64,000 bases of DNA from Octopus sinensis (GCF_006345805.1 NC_042997.1:42098001-42162000), one strand, 5' to 3'. Positions 35,801-50,499 are shown, counted from the first letter of the stretch. Made by a program: numbers and translations. The notes: a model not told the origin generated them from the sequence alone.

Positions 35801-36699
35801 TACTACATACAACAAACACACACACGCCACAAGCCCGCCATATGACACAACATTTACTGACATATCATAGAGATAGCGAGAAGGGGTTTTAACACTATTA
35901 TAGTGGATGACATCCTTTATTCTCTATTCATTTCTAGAATACCGATGCTATATGTTGTTCTGTCTTTGTAATTTAACAATCGGCAGAGACATTGCCAATG
36001 AGTTTTACAGTTCCCTTGTATGAATTCATGTATTTATTTTTCAGGGAAAAAAAAAGAAAAAGAAAAGTTATTTCGTTCTATAATGATTATGTGACACCAT
36101 AACTGCTTTAACAGCTCTTGGCTGATGCATGCACATATATCATGTACATCTTTTGGGACCCATTTTATCAAAGATATCCTTGATTTTTTCCTCTCCAGAA
36201 TCTTTACAATGAAAATAGCAGTCAGAATTCTGAAAGTGCAGCTATATTTCTCGAATATTCTAATTCATTAAGCTGGTTCGCCGGCTTTCTGTAGATATTG
36301 GTTAAGCGTATTATTTACATTGGCTGACATTGCGTACTTAGAGAGAGAGAGAGAGAGAGAGGAGGGAGAGGGATGATCGGATAGAATATCTGATATGACT
36401 CTCCGTACTTAGAGTTCCAAGCCTGCCAAGGTTAACTTTGCCTTCTAGTTTTGCCTTTCCTTTGGACAGCAATGCTTTATGAATTGTAAAAGTGATTGAA
36501 TCAAATAACTTCGTTATCATAAAATTATAATAAAAAAAAAAAACGCTATCCATTTAACCCTTTATATCACATACGATACACAGGAGATATTTCCCTGACG
36601 TCCAAGCATCACATATAATATACATTCCCAAATTTTTCACGCACCAGAATAACCTTGGGACTTATGAAGGGAAAGCTTTATATTACTGAGAACATATGA

Positions 36700-37500
36700 A
36701 ACAAAGGCTTACTAACAATCTGAAAAACAAGCAGGAACATTTAGAAGAAACTCAGGAAAATGCTTTGGACAGGCAGAAAGTTAACTACAAATCCCGAGAA
36801 ATATTCATTACAAATCTTAAGTATGTTAAAAAAAGGTTTGGCATCATGGAAGGAATGTTAATGTTTTTTAGACTCATTTCACAATTCAGAATTCCACGTC
36901 TTAGAATTACATGTCAGAGAATTTTACTTTATCGATGATATTTCAGAATGAAAGAAAGATATTTAATTCAGTTTGGTTTTTAAAAGGAAAACATTCTTAT
37001 CCAAAGAAACAGCATTTCTTAAGATGGAGCCACAGACCAAAATTAGTCTCTGTATATTCCCTCTCTCCCTCTCTCTTCGACTCTTTCCTCTACATTTTTT
37101 GGAGTCCATCTGGTCCCCTTTCTAATTAATACCATACTCTTTTAACCTTAGTTCTTAACCTGCTTTGTCTCTACTTTCAACGATGTTCACTGTGCTGCAA
37201 GCATTCGGTTTAAATTCCAGGTTTCTTTGCCACCCAAATTTCTGCTGTCAAGTTTGACCTACTTATATTTAACCTACAGTTTAGCATCGATTTTGCCAGT
37301 CTGGATAAGCCTGCGAGTTCTATTTCAGATAGTTACTTAACAGAGTTGGTGTTAAGAATGTTGATGTATAGATTTCTTTTCTGCCATCCTTCATCAGTGG
37401 CATCCTTTTCAGATAGGAAACTATCTACATGTTTTACCAATGGGTTTATTTAAGAACTTCATCGACAAAGAAAAACTTTCTACATTGGATCTTTGAATTC
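36700..37500 (-). mobile_element. Possible heavily decayed LINE RT fragment
   Basis: Only weak resemblance to the spacing of RT motifs. Many stops. Confidence 0.2.
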
Positions 37501-38524
37501 CTAATAAATTTTTGTCTTTGTTTTTTTAAACTTTAACTTAATCGTCCTTCAGAATTATTAGCATAATGGAGCCTGATTATGAATTGCAATGGCTTTACCA
37601 ATTTATAATTATATTTGCAAAATCCCGAAATTCTCATCTTAATGATCTAAATAATAAACGCATTCTTATCACGTGTGTGTAGTTTTTCTTACACTTCGAT
37701 GTAAATAAAGCTTAAATCGATGTCCTGTGAACATAGCTTCTTCCATTAATAGGAGTTTGACACGTACTAACATGTGCTAGAAATAGCATCCAAATTTCTA
37801 AATCACATACTTTATCATCCTAAATAATGAAAGAACACTGAATAATGCTGTCTCAATATATAGGGAGACATGGTGGTCATTGCTGGAACTGATTTGGAGC
37901 AAAACGGCAACAGTGTAATTTGGAGTCATGTAGCAAACTTATAACAGCAACAGAACCGTTTGGAAAGTTACTATGAACTTAGTTATTTATAGTTGTTCAC
38001 AGATATCTGTACCATTTACAATCTTCAATTTACTTTATATAATCAAAGCGAATAAATTTAAACACCCGTGGGCTTAAAACTACAAATTGGTTATAATTCA
38101 CTTATCTGATACTGCAAATCACACCGTTTCCATACCAACCGACGTTATTTTACTTTTTATTTTTAAATCACAGTTAAACAAATAAAGGAAATATTCTAAG
38201 TAGAATAATTCTGCTTAGAAGATATCCATTAATTTAAGGGCCAACTTGAAGAGTGATTTTACGAATTAAATAAACAAGTTGCACTTTTGTACTACGAGAA
38301 GTATTTCTTCAAGCGCCAAAGTTGTAACATGTCTAAGTTCCTCTTTCCCATCTTAATAAATAACTTGGCTGAACTATCTTATTTCATCATTTTATCATTT
38401 CATTCAGATTGTTCCCTCCTCCCACCTCCAAACCATGACCTTCCCACACAAACCGTTTCCAATCCAGCATGATGCATTTCAGTGACTGGACCACATTAAC
38501 ATAAGAAAAAGGAGCTGAGATTTT

Positions 38525-39065
38525 TATTTAAACGAACTGAAGGCATGGCTGCTCTCGATTATTGGGATCGCCTTAAAGCCTTGAAACTCTACTCTCTCCA
38601 GCGTCGCCGTGAGCGGTACATAATTTGTACAATGTGGAGCATATACCGCCAACTTTGCCCAAACGACCTGAACATTAGCTTCAAGGTTCATCCAAGACTG
38701 GGACCACGGGCCATACGTCCCCTGCCCAATTCAAGATCACAGCATATATGTACACTGCAACATAATTTCTTTTCCTCAACAGGCCCTGCCCTATTTAACA
38801 TTGTCCCGAAAGAGATCAAAGAGGAACAGGATCCCATCAACTTTAAACGGAGTCTGGATAGATTCCTTCAAGGAATACCAGATAAGCCACCCATAATTGG
38901 ATACAACTCACCCAACAAGAACTCACTACTTGAATGGACCATAAACAAAACTTGACTTAAACAGGATTCGAATAATCCTATCAGGTGGTGCTATTAAGTT
39001 AGACATGGCCTGGACCAATCTTTGGTCGAAACATATCTAAGTTTTATCTAAGTTTTAATCTAGCA
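38525..39065 (+). mobile_element. CR1-group LINE 3' end (ORF2 C-terminus, 3' UTR, TCTAAGTTTTA tail repeats)
   Basis: MAALDYWDRLKALKLYSLQRRRERYII...GPALFNIVPKEI...FKRSLDRFLQGIPDKP...NSLLEW*. Confidence 0.9.
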
Positions 39066-39966
39066 GTTTTATCAAATTGCAGCTGGTCTATACGTTGATA
39101 CGAACACCGGACCTTTTGGTTTTCAAAGTGAAAAATCTTCTTCAGCGACAACCAGAGTTTTGGCAGATTGAGTAATGACTCGGCAAAACTTTAGACGACG
39201 GACTGTTGTTAGAAAATTATAATTACTTTTATGGATCCAACTGCATATTTGAAAGTCCAATGTTTAGAGATCAGCTACAACGTGGTATGGGGTACATAAG
39301 CCAACCGCCATTAGCTTAGTAAGAGACGTGTACTCAACCGAGTAGAAGTATAATTATTTTCATTGTATATAGATCTGTTAGTGGTTGCAGAGGGGGCTAA
39401 TTGAAAAGAATACGAGGGTTCCCTTATTGTCTTATCTAAAACTAGATAATTACCTGCTTGCCGACGAGTTTCAAATATTCAGAAGGTTAACCTTGAAAAG
39501 CGACCGTCAGGATGCGCTAAATTATAAGATGAATTTTAATGGCTGGGCCCTTCCTCAATAGCTTCTGGCTCATTTCAAACCAAACCTAAAAGCACAACAC
39601 TTCAAGAATTCATTAATACATAGTTTTGTTCTTTTATGCAACTGAGATGCAAAAATTAGATATTGTCACCTAAATTATAACTCAAATATAATTTGTTTTT
39701 GTGGCCTAGTATTGAAAATGTAACTATATTAATTTAAACACATCCATATTATAATTTTATTTAACGACACGAGTAAAACCTGTACAGAAAATGTTACTCG
39801 CTTAAAAATTCTGATTTAATTTAATGGGATGGGGTAGAATTGTGATTCATACAACCAAGCATATAAGAAAATTAGTCATTGTGGCAATTAATAATTTATT
39901 ATCATCCCACAACAATGAACTAAGTCAGTCTATTTATCGCTGCTATTTAATTTGATCATTGCTTAA

Positions 39967-41060
39967 GGCGGCGAGCTGGCAGAATCGTTAGCACACCAGA
40001 CGAAATGCTTACCAGTATTTCGTCTGCCGCTACGTTCTGAGTTCAAATTCCGCCGAGGTTGACTTTGCCTTTCATCCTTTCGGGGTCGATTAAATAAGTA
40101 CCAATTACGCACTGGGGTCGATATAATCGACTTAATCCGTTTGCCTGTCCTTGTTTGTCCTCTCTGTGTTTAGCCCCTTGTGGGTAGTAAAGAAATAGGT
40201 ATTTCGTCTGTCTTTACGTTCTGAGTTCAAATTCCACCGAGGTCGATTTTGCCTTTCATCCTTTCGAGGTCGATTAAATAAGTACCAGTTACGCACTGGG
40301 GTCGATCTAATCGACTTAATCCGTTTGTCTGTCCTTGTTTGTCCTCTCTGTTTTTAGCCCCTTGTGGGTAGTAAAGAAATAGGTATTTCGTCTGTCTTTA
40401 CGTTTCCGCCGAGGTCGACTTGCCTTTCATCCTTTCGGGGTCGATTAAATAAGTACCAATTACGCACTGGGGTCGATATAATCGACTTAATCCGTTTGCC
40501 TGTCCTTGTTTGTCCTCTCTGTGTTTAGCCCCTTGTGGGTAGTAAAGAAATAGGTATTTCGTCTGTCTTTACGTTCTGAGTTCAAATTCCACCGAGGTCG
40601 ATTTTGCCTTTCATCCTTTCGAGGTCGATTAAATAAGTACCAGTTACGCACTGGGGTCGATCTAATCGACTTAATCCGTTTGTCTGTCCTTGTTTGTCCT
40701 CTCTGTTTTTAGCCCCTTGTGGGTAGTAAAGAAATAGGTATTTCGTCTGTCTTTACGTTTCCGCCGAGGTCGACTTTGCCTTTCATCCTTTCGGCGTCGA
40801 TAAATTAAGTACCAGTTACGCACTGGGGTCGATATAATCGACTCAATCCGTCTGTCTGTCCTTGTTTGTCTCCTCTGTGTTTAGCCCCTTGTGGGTAGTA
40901 AAGAAATAGGTATTTCGTCTGCCGTTACGTTCTGAGCTCAAATTCCGCCGAGGTCGACTTTACTTTTCACTCTTTCGATGTTGATAAAACACGTACCAGT
41001 TGAGTGCTGTGTGTAGATGTAATTCACTTGCCCCTTCCTCTCAAAATTAGAAAGAAATTT
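39967..41060 (+). repeat. Head-to-tail multimer of SINE family B: one head, five body units and a partial sixth
   Basis: GTATTTCGTCTG unit starts at 40015, 40199, 40383, 40554, 40738 and 40910 (periods 184, 184, 171, 184, 172). Confidence 0.92.
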
Positions 41061-41221
41061 ACAGTGAATTCGATCTCGGTTGTATTTCAAATATTGGATC
41101 GACCTTAACACCCAATCGTTCATAAAAATTAAAACAAGTGTAGCAAACAGAGCAAGTGTAGATCAGAATTGATAAGTTGCAAGTGTATAAATGTAAAGTG
41201 AAAATACCGCCCCAGTGGCAT

Positions 41222-41685
41222 ATACGAAAGAGTCCAGAAGCTGGCTACCCGCATGGTTCATGGTCTCAAAAATTTGTCCTATGAAGAAAGGCTGAGGACG
41301 CTCGACCTTTATTCTCTAGAAAAACGCCGCCGCCGTGGTGATCTCATTCTCGCCCACAACATCATAAGCGGAAAGTGTAACCTCTTGAAAGAGCTGTTCT
41401 TCACTCCTGCTCCAGAGCGTCGGCTGCGGGGTCATTCCGAAAAGCTCTACCTGCGACGATTTCATCTCAATCGAAGGAGAGGAGCTTTCTCCGTCCGGGT
41501 TGCGGATCCGTGGAACAAGCTACCAGACGAGATGGTGAAGATGCCGACGACCGCTTTGTTCAAAGCCTCCCTTGACCTCAAGTGGCCTGAACTCTTTACA
41601 TGAACACCACCCTGTACTTAACTCCATATCCCCCTACATGGCCTTGCTATTTGCTTTTGAGCCAAACTAACTAACTAACTACTAC
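41222..41685 (+). mobile_element. CR1-group LINE 3' end, second family, (AACT)n tail
   Basis: ERVQKLATRMVHGLKNLSYEERLRTLDLYSLEKRRRRGDLI...LRGHSEKL...FSVRVADPWNKLP...FKASLD. Confidence 0.9.
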
Positions 41686-42195
41686 TTTTGGAATCTGATA
41701 CTGTTAAATCGGTGATTATGTAAAATATTTTTTTCAGGACGAAGTGCAGTAGGCTGGTTGACATTATATATGTCAGTTGATAAAATTTGCTGTAATGACA
41801 TAACAGTTTATGATGGCAAGAACTAAGTGACAGTGATTGATGAGCTTTCGTATGGGAGATTTCGGTATTTTAAAAATATCTAATTGAATGAAAGTTCGTT
41901 AAATAAATTGTCCGTAAAATTACGAATTCATGAAGCTTAAATAATGTCGCTGGGAGAAGATTAAATATGTTACCTTGGCATACGGTTCTTATATATAATA
42001 CAATACCTAAGTATGAAAATAAAACCAAAATTAACAATAAACTGTATCTGTAAAAGAGGCACTTTTGAATAAAATTGTTTATATGCATATATATATATAC
42101 ATTCGCATTTGTGTAAATTAAATACATATTCTACTGAGCCATTAGAATAATTAATCCAATAATATGCGCAGCTACCAAAATAATTAAACACATAA

Positions 42196-43010
42196 TCTAT
42201 TATATAAAATCCGTTCTGTCTGTCTGTGTGTAGGATCTCGGGCATCCTCCATCGGATTGCGCTCAAATTTGATATGTAGATACCGACGGTATCAGGGCGT
42301 GTATAAGTCTTGAAAAAATTACAAAAATCGATTCCAGGTGAGAATGCGATCGATAAAGCCGTGGGAACGTGCATTTGTACGCACAAGTACATCAGCTGTT
42401 GCGATCGATACTACGCGTACGCGAGAAAAATGCACGTGCAGTTGGCGCAAAAAAAGCCGGCTGGCTTGAAATAATGCCACAAAATGCCGTATATTTAATT
42501 TTCATCAAAAATCGCCCCAAGTTGATTTCCTACATGTTTTATCGGATAAATTTATTATTGTCCCAGGTACGTTCTCATAAATTCATCATGCTTTTCCATC
42601 TAGATTTACCTTCAGCTAACCCATTTGCATGCATCGTTTTTGTCCTGCTTTTCTTCCGTGAACCTGTACATAACTGCACCTTCCATTTTTTGTTGTTTTT
42701 GTACTGCTTAAAGACACGTTTCTTTCCTGCCAAGGTTACTATTTAAACCATGTTTGTGTTCTCCCAGTCAACACCCTTATCATTACTGGTACTTTAAACT
42801 CTTCGGTTGCATATTTGTGTGAATAAAATCGTTAATAAAATAGAAAAAAGTCTATCTTTATTTCTTCTTTTGCTGGTGTCTCAAATTTTGGTTAAATCAG
42901 CGTTTCTCAAAGGGGAGGCCTATGGGACGGTCGGACAAATTGCTTTGAGAAAATTTGGTTTAAATATTTGACAACTCAGCACCGTCCATTGGACGGGGGG
43001 CGTTTTGCTC
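42196..43010 (+). mobile_element. Helitron-like non-autonomous element, 3' end uncertain
   Basis: 5' A|TCTATTATATAAAATCCGTTCTGTCTGTCTGTGTG is Helitron-like. Candidate 3' hairpin CCGTCCATTGGACGG at 42982-42996, but it ends GCTC rather than CTAG. Confidence 0.4.
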
Positions 43011-43662
43011 ATCTACTATATTAAGCAAATATGACTCAATATAGTAGTAGTACTTCAAGTATAATTTCATTCACTTAAAAACAATATATTTTACTAGATT
43101 ACAATTTTTTTGGTGGCAAAAATTGAGTTCTCAGGAAACTGAATCAGCATCGTGCGTTTAAATTCCTAAGACAGTTCTGTAGAACTTAAATCTATTATTT
43201 GGTTGAATCTGTGTAAAATGTTGATTTAAAAAAATAAGACTCAAGAATAAGTTTTGTTAGCAGTAATGTCTAATAATTTGACAGAAATTTGTATATTGCT
43301 GGTATTTGTTTCATTGTGTTTGGAAAGATTAAATGCAAATAGGTTCTCTCAAGGTTTCAGCAATGAAAATGTTAAACACTTAAGCCAGTTCCTCGCCATT
43401 GATGTAACAATTTGGAATCCTTTCACTAGACTTCACACAAAGATTCTATAGGAAAGGAGTGGTGCTCATAACTTTGTTAAAGACATTAGGTAAAGTTAAT
43501 GAAATGCCTCCACCATAATCTAAAGGGAATTTGGACTTTGTTCCACTCGATGAAAGAATTTTCAAAATGTGGATTATCCCAAGAGAATACTTGCCATATG
43601 AACTAACCGTTTCATTATCATTTAACGCAGTATCTTACTATATGTCCCATATGATTTAATTA

Positions 43663-43717
<55 letters not shown>

Positions 43718-46184
43718 AAACCTATTATCTATAGATTTTCCATTGCAGGATGTGGAGAAAATAGAAATACAAACTTATGACTATAAAATTCCTATAAAAT
43801 AAACAAAGATGGAAAGAATTCAGTGCCCTCCACCCAACAGGAATCTTGAAGATTCATAATACTGTGCTATTGAATAGCGACCCCTTCTGGTTAACTTAAT
43901 TTGACAGAGGATATTCTGGGGCTACGGGGTGCTGACGTGATCGGAAGACAGGAATTTAACTTGAAATATTTGACCTCGTAACAAAGATATTGAGTGAAAA
44001 ATATATAAAACATTAAATGACAGATGTTACAAAGATACATAAATTTATTCTTAAAACGTAGCGAATGCTTTTGCTTAATTTCCTCTGATACAAATTCTAT
44101 GTACTAAGCAAAAAGTTCTGTTGTTATCATTTCTACCCTCTACGCTGCTTGGGTTTTCAGTTGGTGACACTTGACCCTGTATAATTTTCTGTTGTATAAT
44201 ATAGTTTGTATATAACCCTATAGGTATATACATACACGTGTATAAATATGGTTTGTAGACATTTTAGTTGTGATGTATGCATTTCAAAAGTAGTATCCAT
44301 TTCTTTGCAGAGTGTAGTTTCGATCTCTGGATCCTTAGATTATGGGGTAGTACGTTTTCACTGTGCCACCCTGCTCAACGTTTGATTAAGCAAATATAGA
44401 ATGTATTATTACTTATATTGTCTGTTTTTGGCTACATTAGTTCTGTGATATCATTCGTTGTTGATATTTATTTATTTCTATGCATTGGACAGTATCAAAT
44501 GTACGTAATATTGTAACTACACAATATATATTGCAGCATTAGGACGAAAATAGATTCACTGAAAGGCAACGGTTTAGTCTTCTGATTCTCCAAAAGTCAA
44601 ATTTGACAAGCCACGTGCATAGATCTATGCGTTGCAACTGTTTCTGGGTGTCTCTTCTTTTGTAACTTTCAGACCAGCTAGAATCAGAGCAATTGTATAA
44701 ATGTTTCCCCGGCACAGCAAGCAGCTCAGACAGCGGGTGCATGCGTGCATACACACACACACACACACACGCATTCTTGCTTGTAGGCACACACTAGTGA
44801 GCCCACTCTCATTTTGGTCGGTAGCAGTTGTCATCGTTGAGGATAAACAATGGATGCTTTAAAAAAATATCGTATGATAACAAATAAATATCTACTAAAA
44901 CACGTGTGTATAATATAAATTCAAACGTACTTAAGTATCCTAGTGACATAAAGCTAACAAGAAAGTTTGAACACTGAAGAACTTCAATGTACACAATGTT
45001 GGTAACTTTTCTGTGTTTTTATATTGTCGATATATCGGCAGCTGTATGTAGCTCTTGACATAGCAACATAGACTGGTCATTAATAAATAGATTAGTTAAG
45101 AAGATCAGAGTTATTTTATTCAATATAAAAATCGAGAATCCAGAAAAATCCGTTGTGAGCAAAAAATGGACATCTATTCTATTTTTGTTAAAAATTTTGA
45201 CACAATAGGTTAAGTGTTAGATGAATGGACAGTAATTGGTGGAATGTTCAAAGAGCTCACTTAGAATATGTATGCTGTTGAGTTTTTAAATTTTGTTGCG
45301 TAGGGGTTACTATCGATGTGTCAAGACTTACTCTAGTAAAGCTTTAAGAGATAATAACAAGGAAACTACTTTTGAAAGTCAATAAACTAAAACGTCACCC
45401 GCTGACACAAGTGAGAAAGCCTCAGCTGTTAATTTAACCTTAGAACCAAGTGAAACCCAGAGATAAGAAAACAAGAGAATAGAGATAAGGGGGTTAGATA
45501 GTAAAAGCTCCCACGCAGTTTCCACCTATCAGTTTGTACTATCAAGCACTTTACATGTTTTATTTGTAATTCTTTTTATAATTTTCATAAAACATAAAGA
45601 TAATTCTATCAATGCCACTTACTAAGATAATTAATCACCGATTTACAACTAGAACAAATTGTTTAAATTGTTTTAAAATAAAGTTTGTTTCGATGGTGAC
45701 GAGAATAAAAGAAGGAAAATACCTTTTTAACTTCACGAATTATACTTCAATTATTAATTCTGGTGAAGAAACACAAAGGAAATAAAACTCTAATCCAAAT
45801 TTATTAAAAATTGTTTGAGTCATGAAGTGGAGAATAAGTCTGATACTTGGCATGTACGGCGACAACTCTAGGCATGTTTGGCTATTATTTGATCTCTTCA
45901 GCAAATCATACTCTGGATGACTGACATACAGGAAAACTGAAAGGTGTGATAAATTAAAACTTAGGGGAAATTATCCAAAGTTGCCTTCTGCACGAAGACC
46001 TTATAATTAAGCGTGAGCAAACATAATTAATGTAGTGAGCGAAAAGAAAAATCATTACTAATTAAAACTGTACTTGTTATGAGGGGAAAAAAACACTAGC
46101 TTAAAAGGTTAACTTTGGTTTAGTAAAGTAAGGGGGATATCTCGAAAATCTACATTAAATGAAAGCCAAAAGGAGTAAGACATG

Positions 46185-46554
46185 GGATGGGGAAGCACTC
46201 CGTCGGTTACGACGACGAGGGTTCCGGTTGATCCGAATCAACGGAACAGCCTGCTCATGAAATTAACGTGTAAGTGGCTGAGCACTCCACGTAGTTCTCG
46301 GGGATATTCAGCGTGACACAGAGAGTGACAAGGCCGGCCCTTTGAAATACAGGTACAACAGAAACAGGAAGTAAGAGTGAGAGAAAGTTGTGGTGAAAGA
46401 GTACAGCAGGGATCACCACCATCGCTGCCGGAGCCTCGTGGAGCTTTAGGTGTTTTCGCTCAATAAACACTCACAACGTCCGGTCTGGGAATCGAAACCG
46501 CAATCCTACGACCGCTAGTCCGCTGCCCTAACCACTGGGCCATTGCGCCTCCAC
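46185..46554 (-). mobile_element. SINE family A, 11-bp TSD, 19-bp internal deletion
   Basis: TSD AGTAAGACATG at 46174-46184 and 46555-46565. Confidence 0.92.
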
Positions 46555-47378
46555 AGTAAGACATGAACTGCTTTCCTAAAGTGTTTATTGTTGTCAGTTG
46601 TATTTGAATACATCGATGAAAGTTGTAGGTGGTATTTAGCACATATAAAAGCTTGAGCATTACCAATTAATTATGTTATATTGATGAGGCTGATACAAAA
46701 AATGTTTTCAGATATGTGACTGGTGATTCAACGAAATTTTGTTTCATGTCGTTCAAAGAAAACTATTATTCAGTGAAAACTATACATTTATTTCATAAAT
46801 GAGCATCTATATCGTCAACGGGAAGACATTTTTATCGTCACTCGATCTGGTAAAATTAGCAGCTAAATATTTACTAAATTCACGATGTCGTCTTATAGAT
46901 TGGGTACTGTATCCCATTGCCTGAAGGAGAGTAGAGAGAAAGAGAGAAAGAGAGAAAGAGAGAGAGGAGGAGGAAGAGGGGGAAGAGAGAGAAATAGTCA
47001 AAGACAGTATGCTTTTGAAGATAGCTCTTCTCGATCAGGGCTGCCTGGAAATAAATAACAACAACGAAAGTAACAACCATCAAATATCTGTTTCTAAACA
47101 GTAGCATCTATAAAAGAGTAATTTGCCAACTGACATCAGTGGCAAATGGGAAATCTGTTATCCTTCGTGCCTTTCAGAGATATTGGCTATGCACAGTGAA
47201 GCAGCATGAAAGAAATACAAACGGGATGCTAATATTAGTATTCGACGTTTGTATGTCTTCATCTGAATACATCTATTAATAATTACTGCTATATCCTCAT
47301 GTTCTACTCTATCAAATGACCTGTAATGCGACTTATGTTGCTTAACTCACATTAAGCAGCGCCGTTATAGTAAGAGAT

Positions 47379-47767
47379 GGATGGAAGCACTCCGTCGGTT
47401 ACGACGATGAGGGTTCCGGTTGATCCGAATCAACGGAACAGCCTGCTCATGAAATTAACGTGTAAGTGGCTGACCACTCCACAGACACGTGTACCCTTAA
47501 CGTAGTTCTCGGGGATATTCAGCGTGACACAGAGAGTGACAAGGCCGGCCCTTTGAAATACAGGTACAACAGAAACAGGAAGTAAGAATGAGAGAAAGTT
47601 GTGGTGAAAGAGTACAGCAGGGATCACCACCATCCCCTGCCGGAGCCTCGTGGAGCTTTTAGGTGTTTTCGCTCAATAAACACTCACAACGCCCGGTCTG
47701 GGAATCGAAACCGCGATCCTATGACCGCGAGTCCGCTGCCCTAACCACTGGGCCATTGCGCCTCCAC
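47379..47767 (-). mobile_element. SINE family A, 12-bp TSD
   Basis: TSD ATAGTAAGAGAT at 47367-47378 and 47768-47779. Confidence 0.92.
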
Positions 47768-48619
47768 ATAGTAAGAGATAAGCCACCCAGAAACCAAGAG
47801 TGGAAGTCGGTTTCAGTTCCCGTTTGAAGTTATTTCACGCCACTTCCACCAGCGCCTCCACTTACTCGTATGTGCCCCACCTGTTTGGGATAAAACACAA
47901 GCAAACATTTCCCCCTTCTATGTAAACCTGGGTTTTGTGACTCTTAAAAAAACTAATTTATTACATAAGTTATGCAGACAGAAATCTTCTTACCCTGCCT
48001 GCAACTTACCTTTAGCTATCAGCAAACTATCGTTTAGTAGCAACGTGAACAAACGTAAATATGTGCGATCATGCATGCGTTCATTTATTACACATTTATA
48101 AAGGGACCAGTTCTTTTTGATCATTCGTTTGTCTCTAATTAGTATAAATAATTCTGAACCGACAACCTAACACTAAATACTCACATATATTTGTATGACA
48201 ACAATTTTATTTGTATTGTTTCACCTGTTATTTTTTAATGTTTTTAGTTATTTTTTAGTGTTTTTCTACACAAACTTAACCGAATGTTGTCAAAGCAAAA
48301 AGATAAACGATCTGAAAGAGACTGTTGCTTGGTACATAAAACATTGAAAGATTAATGAATAATTGTTGTGTATGTTGGTGTAACGACTTCCAGATGTGAG
48401 AGAGAAACAAATGCTTTGCATAAGAAATATTTAGCCTTAATACTTTCCCAAAAATTTGGGTTTCATTGCCAAAGTTATTTTCATGTTGCGTGATTCCTAG
48501 GAAAAAAAAAGTTTGTTACGTTAGTTTCGGATATGTTTTGAATGCGTTTGGAAACTCATGCTAGAAATACTAAGTAAACACTGGGAATACAAATTAAAAG
48601 AATGCAATGTGTGTGTGTG

Positions 48620-48658
<39 letters not shown>

Positions 48659-49085
48659 CATACATATATATATCATATATAACTCACCAGGTCGCCCGAT
48701 ATATGAGGAAAAAATCTATCAGAAAAGGAACTCTAATCTCTCTTTAAAAAATATATTTTGATAAGCATAACAAATGCGCAACCGGTAAAAAGAACTTTCA
48801 CCTAATTAAATTACTTAAATTATTTTGTCAGCATTTTCTTCATTTCCTTTTTATATATCACAACTCGTGTTCCACATCTCCTTTTTTAAATATATATATA
48901 TATATATATATATACAAATTGAGGTAGAGGTTGTAAATGCAACCCTCCATGGGATAACGTATATCCAATATACTGCTAGTGAAGTACCCAACAAAGTTAA
49001 TACATAAATGTTAATGATTGCGATGCAATCAATTCATTTACTGTATTATATGGGCAAAGGTAAAATGATTTACCACAAATTACTA

Positions 49086-49527
49086 ATACAAGATAAGAAA
49101 ATGGAGAAATACATCTAAATCAAATATCAATTACCAGATAATACTCAATCACATACTTTATTAAACCACCACATAAGAGACTGTATGGTTAGATATAAAA
49201 AGCAGAACAACTCAGTGTACATAAAGGAATGTACATAAAAAGTGTACATAAAAAGTGTACATAAAAAGTAATGTTGTATAATAAGTAGAATATATATAAA
49301 AGAGAATATAAATATAAGAAAATATAAAAATATATATTCTACTTATTATACAACATTACTTTTTTATGTACACTTTTTTATGTACATTCCTTTATGTATA
49401 CTGATTTGTTCTGCTTTTTATATCTAACCCTACAGTCTCTTATGTGGTGGTTTAATGAAGTATGTGATTGAGTATTATCTGGTAATTGATATTTGATTTA
49501 GATGTATTTCTCCATTTTCTTATCTTG

Positions 49528-49530
<3 letters not shown>
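49086..49530. repeat. 445-bp near-perfect foldback (arms 212 and 201 bp, 32-nt spacer)
   Basis: 49086-49297 is complementary to 49330-49530. The arms differ mainly in the copy number of an internal AAAAAGTGTACAT repeat. Confidence 0.92.
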
Positions 49531-49559
<29 letters not shown>

Positions 49560-49573
49560 ATATATAATATATA

Positions 49574-49625
<52 letters not shown>

Positions 49626-50499
49626 TATATATATATAATATATATATATTATATATATACATACATACATATATATATATACACACATACATATATAAAT
49701 ATATATATCGAGAGAGAGAGAGAGAGAGAGGTACATACATACATATATACATACATGCGCGCACAGACTCACACACGCATATACACACACACACGCACAC
49801 ACATATGCACGCACAGAAAACAAGTTACCCAGTTATTGATGTTTCTTTATGTATGTTTCAATAATCAATACTCAATCAAATCAGTTATAGATAAACATTG
49901 ATTACTGAAGCGTACCTAAGTTTTCAAGCAATATCAGTGGTAGGAGAAGGACGGTGCTTTGAATTAAAGGAACAAGTTTTGGCTCGATCTGAGAATCTGG
50001 TAAAAGGCAGTTGTCTAAGGTGCCGTGCAAGGCGCTCGAACTCGGTAGCTCGTCTCTGCCCGCCTACTTTTGCTCATATGATTTTAGTCGGTCAGAGAAT
50101 CTGATAAAAGACAGTTGCGTAAGGTCTTATACAGAGGGATCGGACATGGTGCCACTTCATTGAGGACAGAGCTTCTTATCTTGGGAGGATTCAATGTAAT
50201 ATTCATTCACTTCTAATATACAAGAAACGGATAGTCCTCTGAATCGAAATCGCATTGAACGAAGACGTGAGAGTCATTCACATGCACACACACATACACA
50301 CATACTCTCTTTCTCTCTTACACACACACACACACACAACACAACGCACACACATGCATACATACATGATGTGCTGGTAGTCTCTTGTAGTCTGAGAAAG
50401 ACTATTCTATAATTTCTTGCTGAACAAATCTGCACAAATGATTTGTTTACAGCGATCAAACGTTTGTGATGTCCATTCGCTCCCTCCCTCATTCAAATC

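Noticed and set aside
39967-41060. CRISPR-like regular array
   Set aside because: Units are 171-184-bp SINE bodies with no unique spacers and no cas genes, in a eukaryotic context.
43400-43620. Protein-like open frames of about 45-50 codons on both strands
   Set aside because: No convincing splice sites or recognisable motif, and the length is within chance expectation.
44673-44737. Plus-strand exon-like segment after a strong acceptor (QLESEQLYKCFPGTASSSDS)
   Set aside because: Weak donor and no compatible partner exons found.
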